From an uncultured Pelagibacteraceae bacterium (GTDB taxonomy: Bacteria > Pseudomonadota > Alphaproteobacteria > Pelagibacterales > Pelagibacteraceae), in NCBI GenBank assembly GCA_902532805.1, contig CACAJQ010000003.1:18007-82006 (forward strand): a DNA stretch of 64,000 bases. The letters run 5' to 3'. The position numbers and the translations under genes are program-made. The notes under the pieces are model-generated. The model made no database searches and was not told the DNA's origin. It saw only the letters and a program-made list of their open reading frames with translations. Of this stretch, positions 50,266-64,000 are shown piece after piece (the first letter of the stretch is position 1; each line of letters begins with the position of its first letter).

Positions 50266-50326
50266 TTTACTCCTGTAAGATTAATGGAAACTAGTATATA
50301 AATTATTTAGTTATTTTTTCAAATAA

Positions 50327-51715
50327 ATGAAAACAAGAAAAGAATTTGACAGCATTGGAGCCATAAATGTGCCAAATGACAAATATTGGGGAGCTTCAAC
50401 TCAAAGATCAAAAAAATTTTTTAATATCGGCAAAATACATGTGCCATCACCTATAATAAGATCGATTGCAATCATTAAGAGAAGTGCAGCAATCGTTCAT
50501 AAAAAAAACGGATTAATTTCTTCCAAAGTTTCAAATGCAATAATCAAAGCCTCTAGCGAAGTTATAAATGGTAAAATGAACGATAATTTTCCTCTAAAAG
50601 TTTGGCAAACAGGTTCTGGTACTCAAACAAACATGAATGTTAATGAAGTTATAGCAAATAGAGCTATAGAAATTATGAAAGGTAAAAAAGGATCAAAGAA
50701 ACCTGTTCACCCAAATGATCATGTAAATAAATCACAATCAACCAACGATGTTTTTCCAACTGCAATGCATATCTCAGTTGCGACAGAAACAATTAAAAAA
50801 CTTTTACCAAGTCTAAAACTATTAGAAAATTCATTAAAAATAAAAAGTAAAGAATTTAAAACAATTATTAAAATTGGTAGAACGCATCTTCAAGATGCCA
50901 CACCATTATCACTTGGTCAAGAATTTTCTGGATATCATGAACAAGTCAGAAAAAGTATTGATAGAATAAAATATTGTTTAAATGATATTTATTTTTTAGC
51001 TCAAGGAGGAACAGCCGTTGGAACAGGAATAAATTCAAAAAAAAATTTTGATAAAAAAATAGTAAATGAAATAAAAAAATTTTGTAAAATAAATTTTAAA
51101 CCTGCACCAAATAAATTTTCAGAATTAGCAGCACATGATGCTATAGTTAATTTTTCTGGATCATTAAATTCATGTGCAGTTGCTTTGATGAAAATCTCAA
51201 ATGATATTAGATTTTTAGGTTCTGGACCTAGAGCGGGCTATGGTGAACTTATATTGCCTGAAAATGAACCAGGATCTTCAATAATGCCCGGAAAAGTAAA
51301 CCCAACCCAATGTGAAGCAGTTACAATGGTTTGTGCAAAAGTAATTGGAAACCATACAGGGATAACTGTTGCAGGTAGTCATGGGCATTTTGAACTAAAC
51401 GTATTTAAGCCTTTAATTGCTTATAATGTTTTACAATCAATCGATATTTTGGCAGATAGTGTTAAAAATTTTTCTATATTCTGCGTCAAAGGAATTAAAG
51501 CAAATAAAAAAAGAATTAAAGAACATCTTGATAATTCACTCATGCTTGTAACAGCTTTAGCTCCAAAAATTGGATATGATAATGCTGCAAAAATTGCAAA
51601 AAGGGCCTTGAAGAATGGTACCAAGCTAAAAGAAGAAGCGATTAAATCTGGTTTAATTAAAGAAAAAGATTATGACTTATTAATTAATCCAACAAGAATG
51701 ATCCACCCCTATTAA
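50327..51715 (+). CDS. fumC: Fumarate hydratase class II
   Basis: [31 protein letters not shown]. Confidence 0.97.
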   Translation: MKTRKEFDSIGAINVPNDKYWGASTQRSKKFFNIGKIHVPSPIIRSIAIIKRSAAIVHKKNGLISSKVSNAIIKASSEVINGKMNDNFPLKVWQTGSGTQTNMNVNEVIANRAIEIMKGKKGSKKPVHPNDHVNKSQSTNDVFPTAMHISVATETIKKLLPSLKLLENSLKIKSKEFKTIIKIGRTHLQDATPLSLGQEFSGYHEQVRKSIDRIKYCLNDIYFLAQGGTAVGTGINSKKNFDKKIVNEIKKFCKINFKPAPNKFSELAAHDAIVNFSGSLNSCAVALMKISNDIRFLGSGPRAGYGELILPENEPGSSIMPGKVNPTQCEAVTMVCAKVIGNHTGITVAGSHGHFELNVFKPLIAYNVLQSIDILADSVKNFSIFCVKGIKANKKRIKEHLDNSLMLVTALAPKIGYDNAAKIAKRALKNGTKLKEEAIKSGLIKEKDYDLLINPTRMIHPY

Positions 51716-53082
51716 TCAATAACTTTTCTAATATGAGACCTTAAATTTTGTATGTTTTTTACTAAAAAATATTCTTCAGAATTTTGAATCTCTAAATTGT
51801 TTACCTTTACATTTGTTATTATAAAGTCGGTTTCTCCAATATTTTTTTCTAAATCAAAATATATACGTTTTATATTTTTTACTTTTTTTGTTCCTACTTG
51901 AAAAACTTTTGCAAATTCTATGTGGTTGTCAATATTCAAGTAATTTTTTGAGACAAATCTTAACTCACCTTGATCTTCAACGAAACTTATATTACTTATA
52001 ACATTTCCGATTTTATCAAGCTGAAATTTTCCTTTTTTTAAGACTAAAATTTTTTCATTTATATTGAATTCTAATTCACCACTTTTAATTAATCTAGTTT
52101 GATCATTTAAATTTTTTAATTTAACTTTAAAAACTCCACTTAGGTTACCTAAATAATTCTTATCATATAATATTATATTTGATAAAAAGTTATCAATTAT
52201 ACTTTCCACTTTTTTGTTTTTTATTACAATTTCTCCATCAAAATAAAATGGTTTCAGTTGAATTTTACTATCTATATTAAAATTAGTATCTTTTTTATTC
52301 AAAGAAATTATCTCAATTATATTTTTTTTGAATTCCAAATCATATTCTAATTTGTCATTTGCATATATTATTTTTGTATTAGCATTAAACTTTTTATTTT
52401 CTTTTAATTTAAATATATTTTTTATTTCAATATTTGGGTTAAAAATATTTATAGAGTGGAAACTCTGATCTGGTGTTGTATAATTTCTCCTCCATTCTGA
52501 CTTAAAATTTAGTCCAAAAATTTTACCATTTATATCAAAATTTTTAGTTTTAGATTTTTTATTTATTTTATATGAAATTTTTTTTAATGGAGCGATTAAA
52601 ATTACTTCATTTTTTTTGCCATTTATAAATATTTTACAGTTATTAAATAAAATAGGCTTATTGATTTTTTGATATAAATGTTTTCTCACTTCTTGTATAT
52701 CAGATAAATCAAAATATAAATTTGTATTTGATATTTCAGTAGAAACTAAATTATTAAAAGTTCTTAGATAAATATCTCTCAAAGAAATAAAAATTTTTAA
52801 GTTTGCAGTATTTATTAAGTCATCGTTTTCTTTAGATTGTGATAAATTTATCGAAGCTTTTTCTACCAATAAATGTGGTTTTGGAAATGGCTTATATGAA
52901 ACATTTGCAGATGATTTTAAGTAAATTTTAAAATTTTTATAAAAATTTTTTTCCAAAATTGGAACTTTACTTTTATAATTAAATAAAACTGGTAAACATA
53001 AAATAGTAAGCGATGAAAAAATTATTGCTATTGCGGCTAAAATTAAAGTGAAAGTTATTTTATTTTGCTTAATTTTGTTCAT
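51712..53082 (-). CDS. Hypothetical membrane-anchored protein (possibly AsmA-like)
   Basis: 456-aa ORF, single N-terminal TM segment, PFPKPHL, beta-rich pattern. Confidence 0.5.
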   Translation of the reverse strand: MNKIKQNKITFTLILAAIAIIFSSLTILCLPVLFNYKSKVPILEKNFYKNFKIYLKSSANVSYKPFPKPHLLVEKASINLSQSKENDDLINTANLKIFISLRDIYLRTFNNLVSTEISNTNLYFDLSDIQEVRKHLYQKINKPILFNNCKIFINGKKNEVILIAPLKKISYKINKKSKTKNFDINGKIFGLNFKSEWRRNYTTPDQSFHSINIFNPNIEIKNIFKLKENKKFNANTKIIYANDKLEYDLEFKKNIIEIISLNKKDTNFNIDSKIQLKPFYFDGEIVIKNKKVESIIDNFLSNIILYDKNYLGNLSGVFKVKLKNLNDQTRLIKSGELEFNINEKILVLKKGKFQLDKIGNVISNISFVEDQGELRFVSKNYLNIDNHIEFAKVFQVGTKKVKNIKRIYFDLEKNIGETDFIITNVKVNNLEIQNSEEYFLVKNIQNLRSHIRKVID

Positions 53083-53113
53083 TATATAAATAAAGACTAT
53101 ACAATTATAAAAA

Positions 53114-55134
53114 ATGTTGAAATCGGATTATTTGTTAAATTTAAATGAAAAGCAACAAGAAGCAGTGTTGCATCTTGAGGGTCCACTTTTGATTGTGGCA
53201 GGAGCTGGTTCTGGAAAAACAAAAGTATTAACATCAAGAATTGCACATATAATCAGAAGCCATAAAGCTTTTTCAAGTCAGATACTTGCTGTGACCTTCA
53301 CCAATAAAGCTGCTAAAGAAATGCAAATTAGAGTATCAAAGCTTCTTAAAAAAGACGCTACTGGATTACCATGGCTAGGAACATTTCATTCTATAAGTGC
53401 AAAAATTTTGAGAAAACATGCTGAGGCAGTTGGATTAAAATCAAATTTTACTATTTTAGATCAAGATGATCAAACTAGATTAATCAAAAATATATGTAAA
53501 GCTGAAAATATTGATATCAAAAAAATTTCACCAAAATATATTCTAGCAGTTATAGACAAATGGAAAAATAAAGGTCTTTATCCAAAAGATGTAATATTAA
53601 AAAAAAGAGAAACATTAGAAAAAAATTTTCTAAGTATATATAGTATTTACCAACAGAAGCTAATTGACTTAAATTCTGCTGACTTCAGCGACCTGATATT
53701 ACACACTGTCAAAATTTTTGAAAGTCATAATGATATATCATCTATTTACTCAAAAAAATTCAAATATATTTTAGTCGACGAATATCAAGATACCAATTTT
53801 ATACAAAGTGAATGGCTTAAACATTTGGCTGCAATTAATATGAATTTATGTTGTGTTGGAGATGATGATCAATCGATTTATAGTTGGAGAGGTGCAGAAA
53901 TTAAAAATTTTCTAGAATTTGATAAAATATTCAAAGATACTAAAATAATAAGATTAGAAAAGAATTATAGATCAACTCAAAATATATTAAATGTAGCATC
54001 AAAATTAATAGAGAATAACCAAAATAGAGTAGGCAAAACTTTGTATACTAATCAAGAAGATGGTGAACTTGTAACTTTAGATTGTTTTCGAAACGTTAAA
54101 GATGAAGCAACAGAGATCAGCTCTACAATAGAAGATTATAAAAAAACAAATTCGTTAAATGAAATGGCTATTTTAGTTAGAGCAATTTTTCAAACAAGAG
54201 AGTTTGAAGAAAGATTTTTAAAAGTAGGAATACCTTATAGAATAATTGGAGGTATTAAATTTTATGAAAGATCAGAGATAAAAGATTGTGTAGCTTATTT
54301 AAGATGTATAAGTCAACCTATGGACGATTTATCTTTTGAAAGAATTGTAAATGTACCTAAGCGATCAATAGGAGATACAACTATCAAAACTATTTCAGAA
54401 TTTGCAAAGAAAAATAATATTTCATTAGAAATTGCAGCTAAAAAATTAATAGAAATGAATAAAATTAAACCTAAAACCAAAGTTGGTTTATCTTCATTAT
54501 TAAATCTACTGGAAAAATGGAGATATGAATTAAAGAAAAAAATAAATCATAATAAACTTTTACAGATTGTTTTGGATGAGTCTGGATATAGTGAAATGTT
54601 AAAAAATAAGAAAGATTTAGAAAATGAAAATAGACTCGAAAATATTAAAGAACTTTTAAATGCCATGAAAGAATTTGATAATTTAGAAAGCTTTCTAGAA
54701 CATGTTGCCTTAGCAACCTCATTGGATCAAGATTGGGAGAGCGAAAAAGTTAATTTAATGACGCTTCATGCATCCAAAGGTTTAGAATTTAATATTGTTT
54801 ATTTGCCCGGTTGGGAAGAGGGATTATTTCCTCATCAAAAAAGTATTGAAGAAAAGGGAGAAAATGGTCTCGAGGAAGAAAGAAGACTTGCTTACGTTGG
54901 TATAACTAGAGCAAAGAAAGTAGCTAAAATTTCTTTTTCCATGAATAGGTTCTACCAAGGAGATTGGATAGATGGCATGGCCTCAAGATTTGTAGATGAA
55001 CTGCCAGATGAATTTATAAAAAAAAATAATAATTTTAATAATGATGAAAAAGACGATTTCGAGTTCAATCAGGACATAGATTTTGAAAGTGAAATTAAGA
55101 GTCCTGGTTGGATTAGATATCAAAAAAAATTAAA

Positions 55135-55138
<4 letters not shown>
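53114..55138 (+). CDS. uvrD: ATP-dependent DNA helicase UvrD/PcrA
   Basis: AGAGSGKT, TFTNKAA, VDEYQD, VGDDDQSIY, HASKGLEF, EERRLAYVGITRA. Confidence 0.95.
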
Positions 55139-59663
<4,525 letters not shown>

Positions 59664-59701
59664 ACGATTATTTTATCAGAATAATTGTGAAATTATAATA
59701 T

Positions 59702-60637
59702 TTAAGCTATGGATTTTAAATCTTGATAATTGGCAAATGTATGCGGCAAATACTTTCCTTTGATCTCAATCAAAGAATAATTACTTTTATTACTAAAAAT
59801 TTTTCTCAATAATTTATTTGTTAGACTATGTCCACCCTGAGAACATTTTATTGAACCAATTATTTTATATCCAGATAAAAATAAATCTCCCATACAATCC
59901 AAAATTTTATGATTAACAAATTCTAAATTATTTCTTAGTCCTGATGGATTTAATATTTTATTTTTTTTGATTACTATTGCGTTATCCAAACTTCCGCCTT
60001 TGCCTAATCCTATTTTTTTTAGCTTCTCTATATCTTCAAATAAACAAAAAGTTCTTGAGTTATAAATATTCTCTAAATTATCTTCAAACACATTTATTCT
60101 ATTTTTTTGGTTTTTTATTAATTCATTATTATATCTGATCTCAAATTCTATATCACTAGTAACGTTAGATTTATTTACGGAAATAAATTTTTCTTCATCT
60201 TTAATTTGAATATTTTTTTCAATCTTTATAATTTTTAAAGGCACTTCACTAAATTTCAGGCCAACATTATTGAAAGCTTCAATGTAATTTCTTGCAGATC
60301 CATCTAGAATAGGTATCTCTTGAGAATCTATCTCTACAATCGCGTTATCAATTCCAATACCATAAAAAGCACCCATAAGATGCTCAATTGTAGAAACTTT
60401 TACTCCATAATTGTTTTCTATGGTTGTACATAATGTAGTGTCAACTACGTTATTATAATAAGGATAAACTAAGTTTTTATTTTTTAAATCTATTCTTTTA
60501 AAAACTATCCCGCTATTTGGAGAAGCTGGTAATATATTCATATTCACTTTAATACCAGTATGAATTCCTATTCCACTAAAAGTAATTTTTTTTGATAAAG
60601 TTTTTTGAGTAAGTATAGACACAACCGTTTTATACAA
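59702..60637 (-). CDS. lpxC: UDP-3-O-acyl-N-acetylglucosamine deacetylase
   Basis: GIGIHTG, TIEHLM, PILDGS, SRTF, HKILD; true start may be the GTG at 60622. Confidence 0.95.
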   Translation of the reverse strand: MYKTVVSILTQKTLSKKITFSGIGIHTGIKVNMNILPASPNSGIVFKRIDLKNKNLVYPYYNNVVDTTLCTTIENNYGVKVSTIEHLMGAFYGIGIDNAIVEIDSQEIPILDGSARNYIEAFNNVGLKFSEVPLKIIKIEKNIQIKDEEKFISVNKSNVTSDIEFEIRYNNELIKNQKNRINVFEDNLENIYNSRTFCLFEDIEKLKKIGLGKGGSLDNAIVIKKNKILNPSGLRNNLEFVNHKILDCMGDLFLSGYKIIGSIKCSQGGHSLTNKLLRKIFSNKSNYSLIEIKGKYLPHTFANYQDLKSIA

Positions 60638-60684
60638 AACGTGGTCAAAATTATGTACTCAAGAAATATTACAACAAAATACAG

Positions 60685-61845
60685 TCATTTTCCTAAAAAA
60701 TTAAAAAATCTCTCAAAATAACCTTGTTTTTTTGTGTATTTTTTTGGAAATACTCTTTCGTTTAAAAAGTGTGTTAATGCAGATAGGCATATCTGATTTG
60801 CAGTTTCGTTATAAAAGCTAAGTGAGCTAAATTCAAATTTGTCATTCAAATAAAAGGAATTATTATTAAATAGAATTGATCCATCCCCAATTAGAAAAAG
60901 GTCACTATCTTTTAAATTGAAATTTGCACTGTCATTAGATTTTTTAAAAGTTAAATCTATTATTTCTTGGACTCTGTACAAAATTACTTTTTTTAATAAA
61001 TTTATTGAAATGTCCTTAGAAAGTATTTCTTTTACTGAAATATTTTCATCTTTAGTTTTACTATAATATGAAAACTCGGTCTCAGATTTATTAAATGATC
61101 TCTTTATCTTCTCTGCGTCATCTAAACTAATTTTAAAAATTTTAGAAATATCACCCGTTATATGATTTCCTCCTATTGGGATTGTCTGAATAAACTTTAA
61201 TTTTCCTTCCTCAAAAAAAAGAAGTGAAGTTCTGTTAAAACCAATTTCTAAAAAAGATGCTTTATTTTTACTTAATTTTTTTAAGTAAGATAATGATTTG
61301 ACATAACTTGTGCAAAGAATATTTAGAACATTGATATTATTTTTTTTAAAATTTTCTTTAATTTTTGAAATTAAAATTTTAGGAAAACATATTAATTTAA
61401 AATCTACTTTGATATTACTTATTTCTTTTTTATCAGGAGGTAAACTATTATAAATTTTTTCATCTATTATACACTTATCTAAAATTATATGAATTATTTC
61501 ATATTGATTATAGGAGGTACCAATTAATTGATTTAATTCTAAGACTAATGAATTATAGACTTTATCTAGTTTCGAACTTGAATCTAATTTTTTTTTTAAT
61601 GATAGATTAATTACAAATAAGTTTTCAGTATCTAAAGTCAAAACTATATCATTAATATGATCTGAAATTTTTTTTTCACCTTGTTTGATTATTTCTTCTA
61701 TTATTGCAAAATGATTTAGATAATCCTTATTCAACAAAACTGATTTCGAAATAGAAAACTTCTCATTATAGTTATTATCAAATATAGAAAACCTAATATT
61801 TGATAATCCAAAATCTATAATATTAAAATGATTAATTTTGCTCAT
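60685..61845 (-). CDS. ftsA: Cell division protein FtsA (divergent)
   Basis: IDFG, LEIG, IPIGGNHITGDI..AEKIK, C-terminal amphipathic GYFERFFNFL; follows ftsQ. Confidence 0.8.
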   Translation of the reverse strand: MSKINHFNIIDFGLSNIRFSIFDNNYNEKFSISKSVLLNKDYLNHFAIIEEIIKQGEKKISDHINDIVLTLDTENLFVINLSLKKKLDSSSKLDKVYNSLVLELNQLIGTSYNQYEIIHIILDKCIIDEKIYNSLPPDKKEISNIKVDFKLICFPKILISKIKENFKKNNINVLNILCTSYVKSLSYLKKLSKNKASFLEIGFNRTSLLFFEEGKLKFIQTIPIGGNHITGDISKIFKISLDDAEKIKRSFNKSETEFSYYSKTKDENISVKEILSKDISINLLKKVILYRVQEIIDLTFKKSNDSANFNLKDSDLFLIGDGSILFNNNSFYLNDKFEFSSLSFYNETANQICLSALTHFLNERVFPKKYTKKQGYFERFFNFLGK

Positions 61846-62527
61846 TTTTTACCACAATTCTATTTTGAATTCGTAAATCGATTATAGATCCTTCTTTTAT
61901 ATCATTTTTCATTTTGAATTTTTTGTATAATTTAATTGAGGTAGAAATATTATCGTTTGGCAACTTTATCAAAATATTTTCTTTATAATACAAATCCCAT
62001 CTTTTATTTTTATGATAATAATATTTCATGATATTTTCCTGATTAACATTTTCTTTATTTAATATTTTTTTAAGATTAATAAAATCTGTAATCTGAAATT
62101 TTCCAAATATTATTGGTAGTTTTTTTTCATTTAATAATCTTTTAGCTATTATAAATTTACCATTTTCACCAACATAATATTTTTCTTTATTAATGTATGA
62201 TATTGCTAAGAATTTAGTTTTATCCGCATTTATTTTAATCTTTGATGGGAAATTTTTTTTTACCGTAATATTTTCTAGATAATTTAAATCACTTAATGCT
62301 TCAAAAATATTTTTTTTGTCTAAAAAGATAATATTTTTATTATTAAGATAATTTGTACTAACTTGGATTTTTTTCTTGATTTCTGATGAGGGTATTATTA
62401 TTTCAATTTGATTTATCAAAAACCATTCACGGAAAAAATTTATTAAGTTTTTGTTAGTTATTGTAGTTAAAATAAATAATGAGAAAATATAAAAATAAAT
62501 TTTTCTTTTATTTATTAATAGATGCAT
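61832..62527 (-). CDS. ftsQ: Cell division protein FtsQ
   Basis: N-terminal TM segment, KKNFPSKIKI, KRWDL, IDLRI; between ddl and ftsA. Confidence 0.8.
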   Translation of the reverse strand: MHLLINKRKIYFYIFSLFILTTITNKNLINFFREWFLINQIEIIIPSSEIKKKIQVSTNYLNNKNIIFLDKKNIFEALSDLNYLENITVKKNFPSKIKINADKTKFLAISYINKEKYYVGENGKFIIAKRLLNEKKLPIIFGKFQITDFINLKKILNKENVNQENIMKYYYHKNKRWDLYYKENILIKLPNDNISTSIKLYKKFKMKNDIKEGSIIDLRIQNRIVVKNEQN

Positions 62528-63428
62528 CTCTCATAATTTCTAATATCAAATTTTTGAAACTAATGTTATAAAATTTTGCTATTTCTGGCACTAACGACAA
62601 AGAAGTCATGCCAGGCTGGGTATTAGTTTCTAATAAGTAAAATTTATTTTTGTAAAATCTAAAATCAGATCTAGAAACACCTCTGCATTTAAGCAATTTG
62701 TGAGATCTTAGAGCAATTTTTGTAACTCTTTTATATTGAGAATTAGTTATTTTGACTGGGATTATGTGTTCCGTTTTAGCTTCTGGATTATATTTCGCCT
62801 GATAATCATAAAATTTTCTTTTAGGTTTTAGTTCGATTGCCCCTAAAATTTTTTCTCTTAAGATAGCAACCTGTATTTCTCTTCCTGGTATATATTTTTC
62901 AATTAATATTTTTCCGTACTCTTTAAGTTTAGATAAGTTACTAAATAAGTTTTTTTTACTACAAATATAGACATTTACACTAGAACCCTCATTTAATGGT
63001 TTGATAACCAAAGGAAAACCAAATCTTCTATCTAACTTTTTTACAAATAATTTTTTGTTTAAAGTTAAATTTAAAGAAAAAGTCAAATACTTCGGAGTTC
63101 TAATTTTATTTTTTTTAAAAATTTTTTTTGATAATTCCTTATCCATTGCCAATGATGACGACAGTACTCCAGAATGAGTATAGTTGAATTTTTCTGTTTC
63201 TAATATAGCTTGAATATATCCATCTTCTCCATACCTTCCATGTAATAAATTTAAAACAATATCAGGTTTATAGGACCGTAAGTTTTTTATAAATTTCCCA
63301 TTTGGTTCTTGAATTTTAATTTTAAAATTTTTATCTTTAATTAATTCAGAATGTACACTTTTTGCAGTGTCAAGGCTTATTTCTCTTTCTTTAGAATATC
63401 CGCCAGCTAAAATAAAAACTTTTTTCAC
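62508..63428 (-). CDS. ddl: D-alanine--D-alanine ligase
   Basis: GGYSKEREIS, HGRYGEDG, EGSS, FYDYQAKY, ETNTQPGMT. Confidence 0.96.
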   Translation of the reverse strand: MKKVFILAGGYSKEREISLDTAKSVHSELIKDKNFKIKIQEPNGKFIKNLRSYKPDIVLNLLHGRYGEDGYIQAILETEKFNYTHSGVLSSSLAMDKELSKKIFKKNKIRTPKYLTFSLNLTLNKKLFVKKLDRRFGFPLVIKPLNEGSSVNVYICSKKNLFSNLSKLKEYGKILIEKYIPGREIQVAILREKILGAIELKPKRKFYDYQAKYNPEAKTEHIIPVKITNSQYKRVTKIALRSHKLLKCRGVSRSDFRFYKNKFYLLETNTQPGMTSLSLVPEIAKFYNISFKNLILEIMRDASINK

Positions 63429-64000
63429 TATTCTATAATTTTAATTTCTAAATTAATGTCTATACCAGTTTTATCTTTTACATTTTTCTTTACAAATTTT
63501 ATTAAAGAATACATTTCATTAAATGATGCATTTTTTTTGTTAATGAAAAAATTAGAATGTTTTTGTGATATATAAGCATCTCCAAAATTTAAATTTTCAG
63601 GCACTGATTTCTTAATGAGTTGCCAAGCTTTCATATCCGTCTGATCTATTGGGTTTTTGAAAGTGCTTCCTCCTGTTTTAATTTTTGATGGTTGTGAATT
63701 GTTTTTTTTCTTTGCTAAATCATCCATGTATAATTTAATATCATTACTATTTGATAAACTTCCTCTAAAAGTTCCACTTAAAAATATTAAATTTTCCTCT
63801 AATTCAGTTTTTCTATAATTGAACTTAATTTTATTTGCAGGAATCAATTTTATATTACCTTTTAAGTCAATACACTGCAGAGATATTAATCTATCTTTAA
63901 ATTCAGTACCAAAGCAACCAGAATTCATACTTATTCCACCTCCAACAGAGCCTGGAATACAATACATAAATTCAAGTCCACTGATGTTATTGATCATTGC
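63428..64000 (-). CDS. murB: UDP-N-acetylenolpyruvoylglucosamine reductase, C-terminal part (start outside the window)
   Basis: GLEFMYCIPGSVGG..MNSG, GSTFKNP, SQKHSNF. Confidence 0.93.
   Translation of the reverse strand, partial: AMINNISGLEFMYCIPGSVGGGISMNSGCFGTEFKDRLISLQCIDLKGNIKLIPANKIKFNYRKTELEENLIFLSGTFRGSLSNSNDIKLYMDDLAKKKNNSQPSKIKTGGSTFKNPIDQTDMKAWQLIKKSVPENLNFGDAYISQKHSNFFINKKNASFNEMYSLIKFVKKNVKDKTGIDINLEIKIIE

Overview
This is a very AT-rich, gene-dense alphaproteobacterial chromosome segment. Gene content and style point to SAR11 / Candidatus Pelagibacter (proteorhodopsin beside ferredoxin-reductase-GST, tandem glycine riboswitch before gcvTHP, tiny intergenic gaps); this assignment is inference, not a database result. 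About 60 CDS are present; no rRNA, tRNA, CRISPR or mobile element was seen. In order: a partial amidinotransferase with an EamA transporter; IscU-like/HPP/NAD-dependent formate dehydrogenase; MsrA, alkenal reductase and TspO; a UfaD/UfaO/UfaM-like (furan fatty acid) cluster directly downstream of gcvTHP; 5-oxoprolinase pxpABC with a DctP6/7-like TRAP transporter; guaBA, psd-pssA, icd, alaS, recA, tolC, umuDC, an ArnT/GT2 pair, dksA, blue proteorhodopsin, prpE, pyrC, fumC, uvrD, ligA; and the end of the dcw cluster, where ftsZ and recN are missing from their usual positions. The strongest leads are the putative furan-fatty-acid pathway joined to the glycine-cleavage operon, a readable translational switch in the glycine riboswitch, a pyroglutamate uptake and catabolism module, a structured proteorhodopsin leader with RegA-like boxes, and two small membrane ORFs absent from the ORF track. 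All protein calls come from motif recognition by eye.
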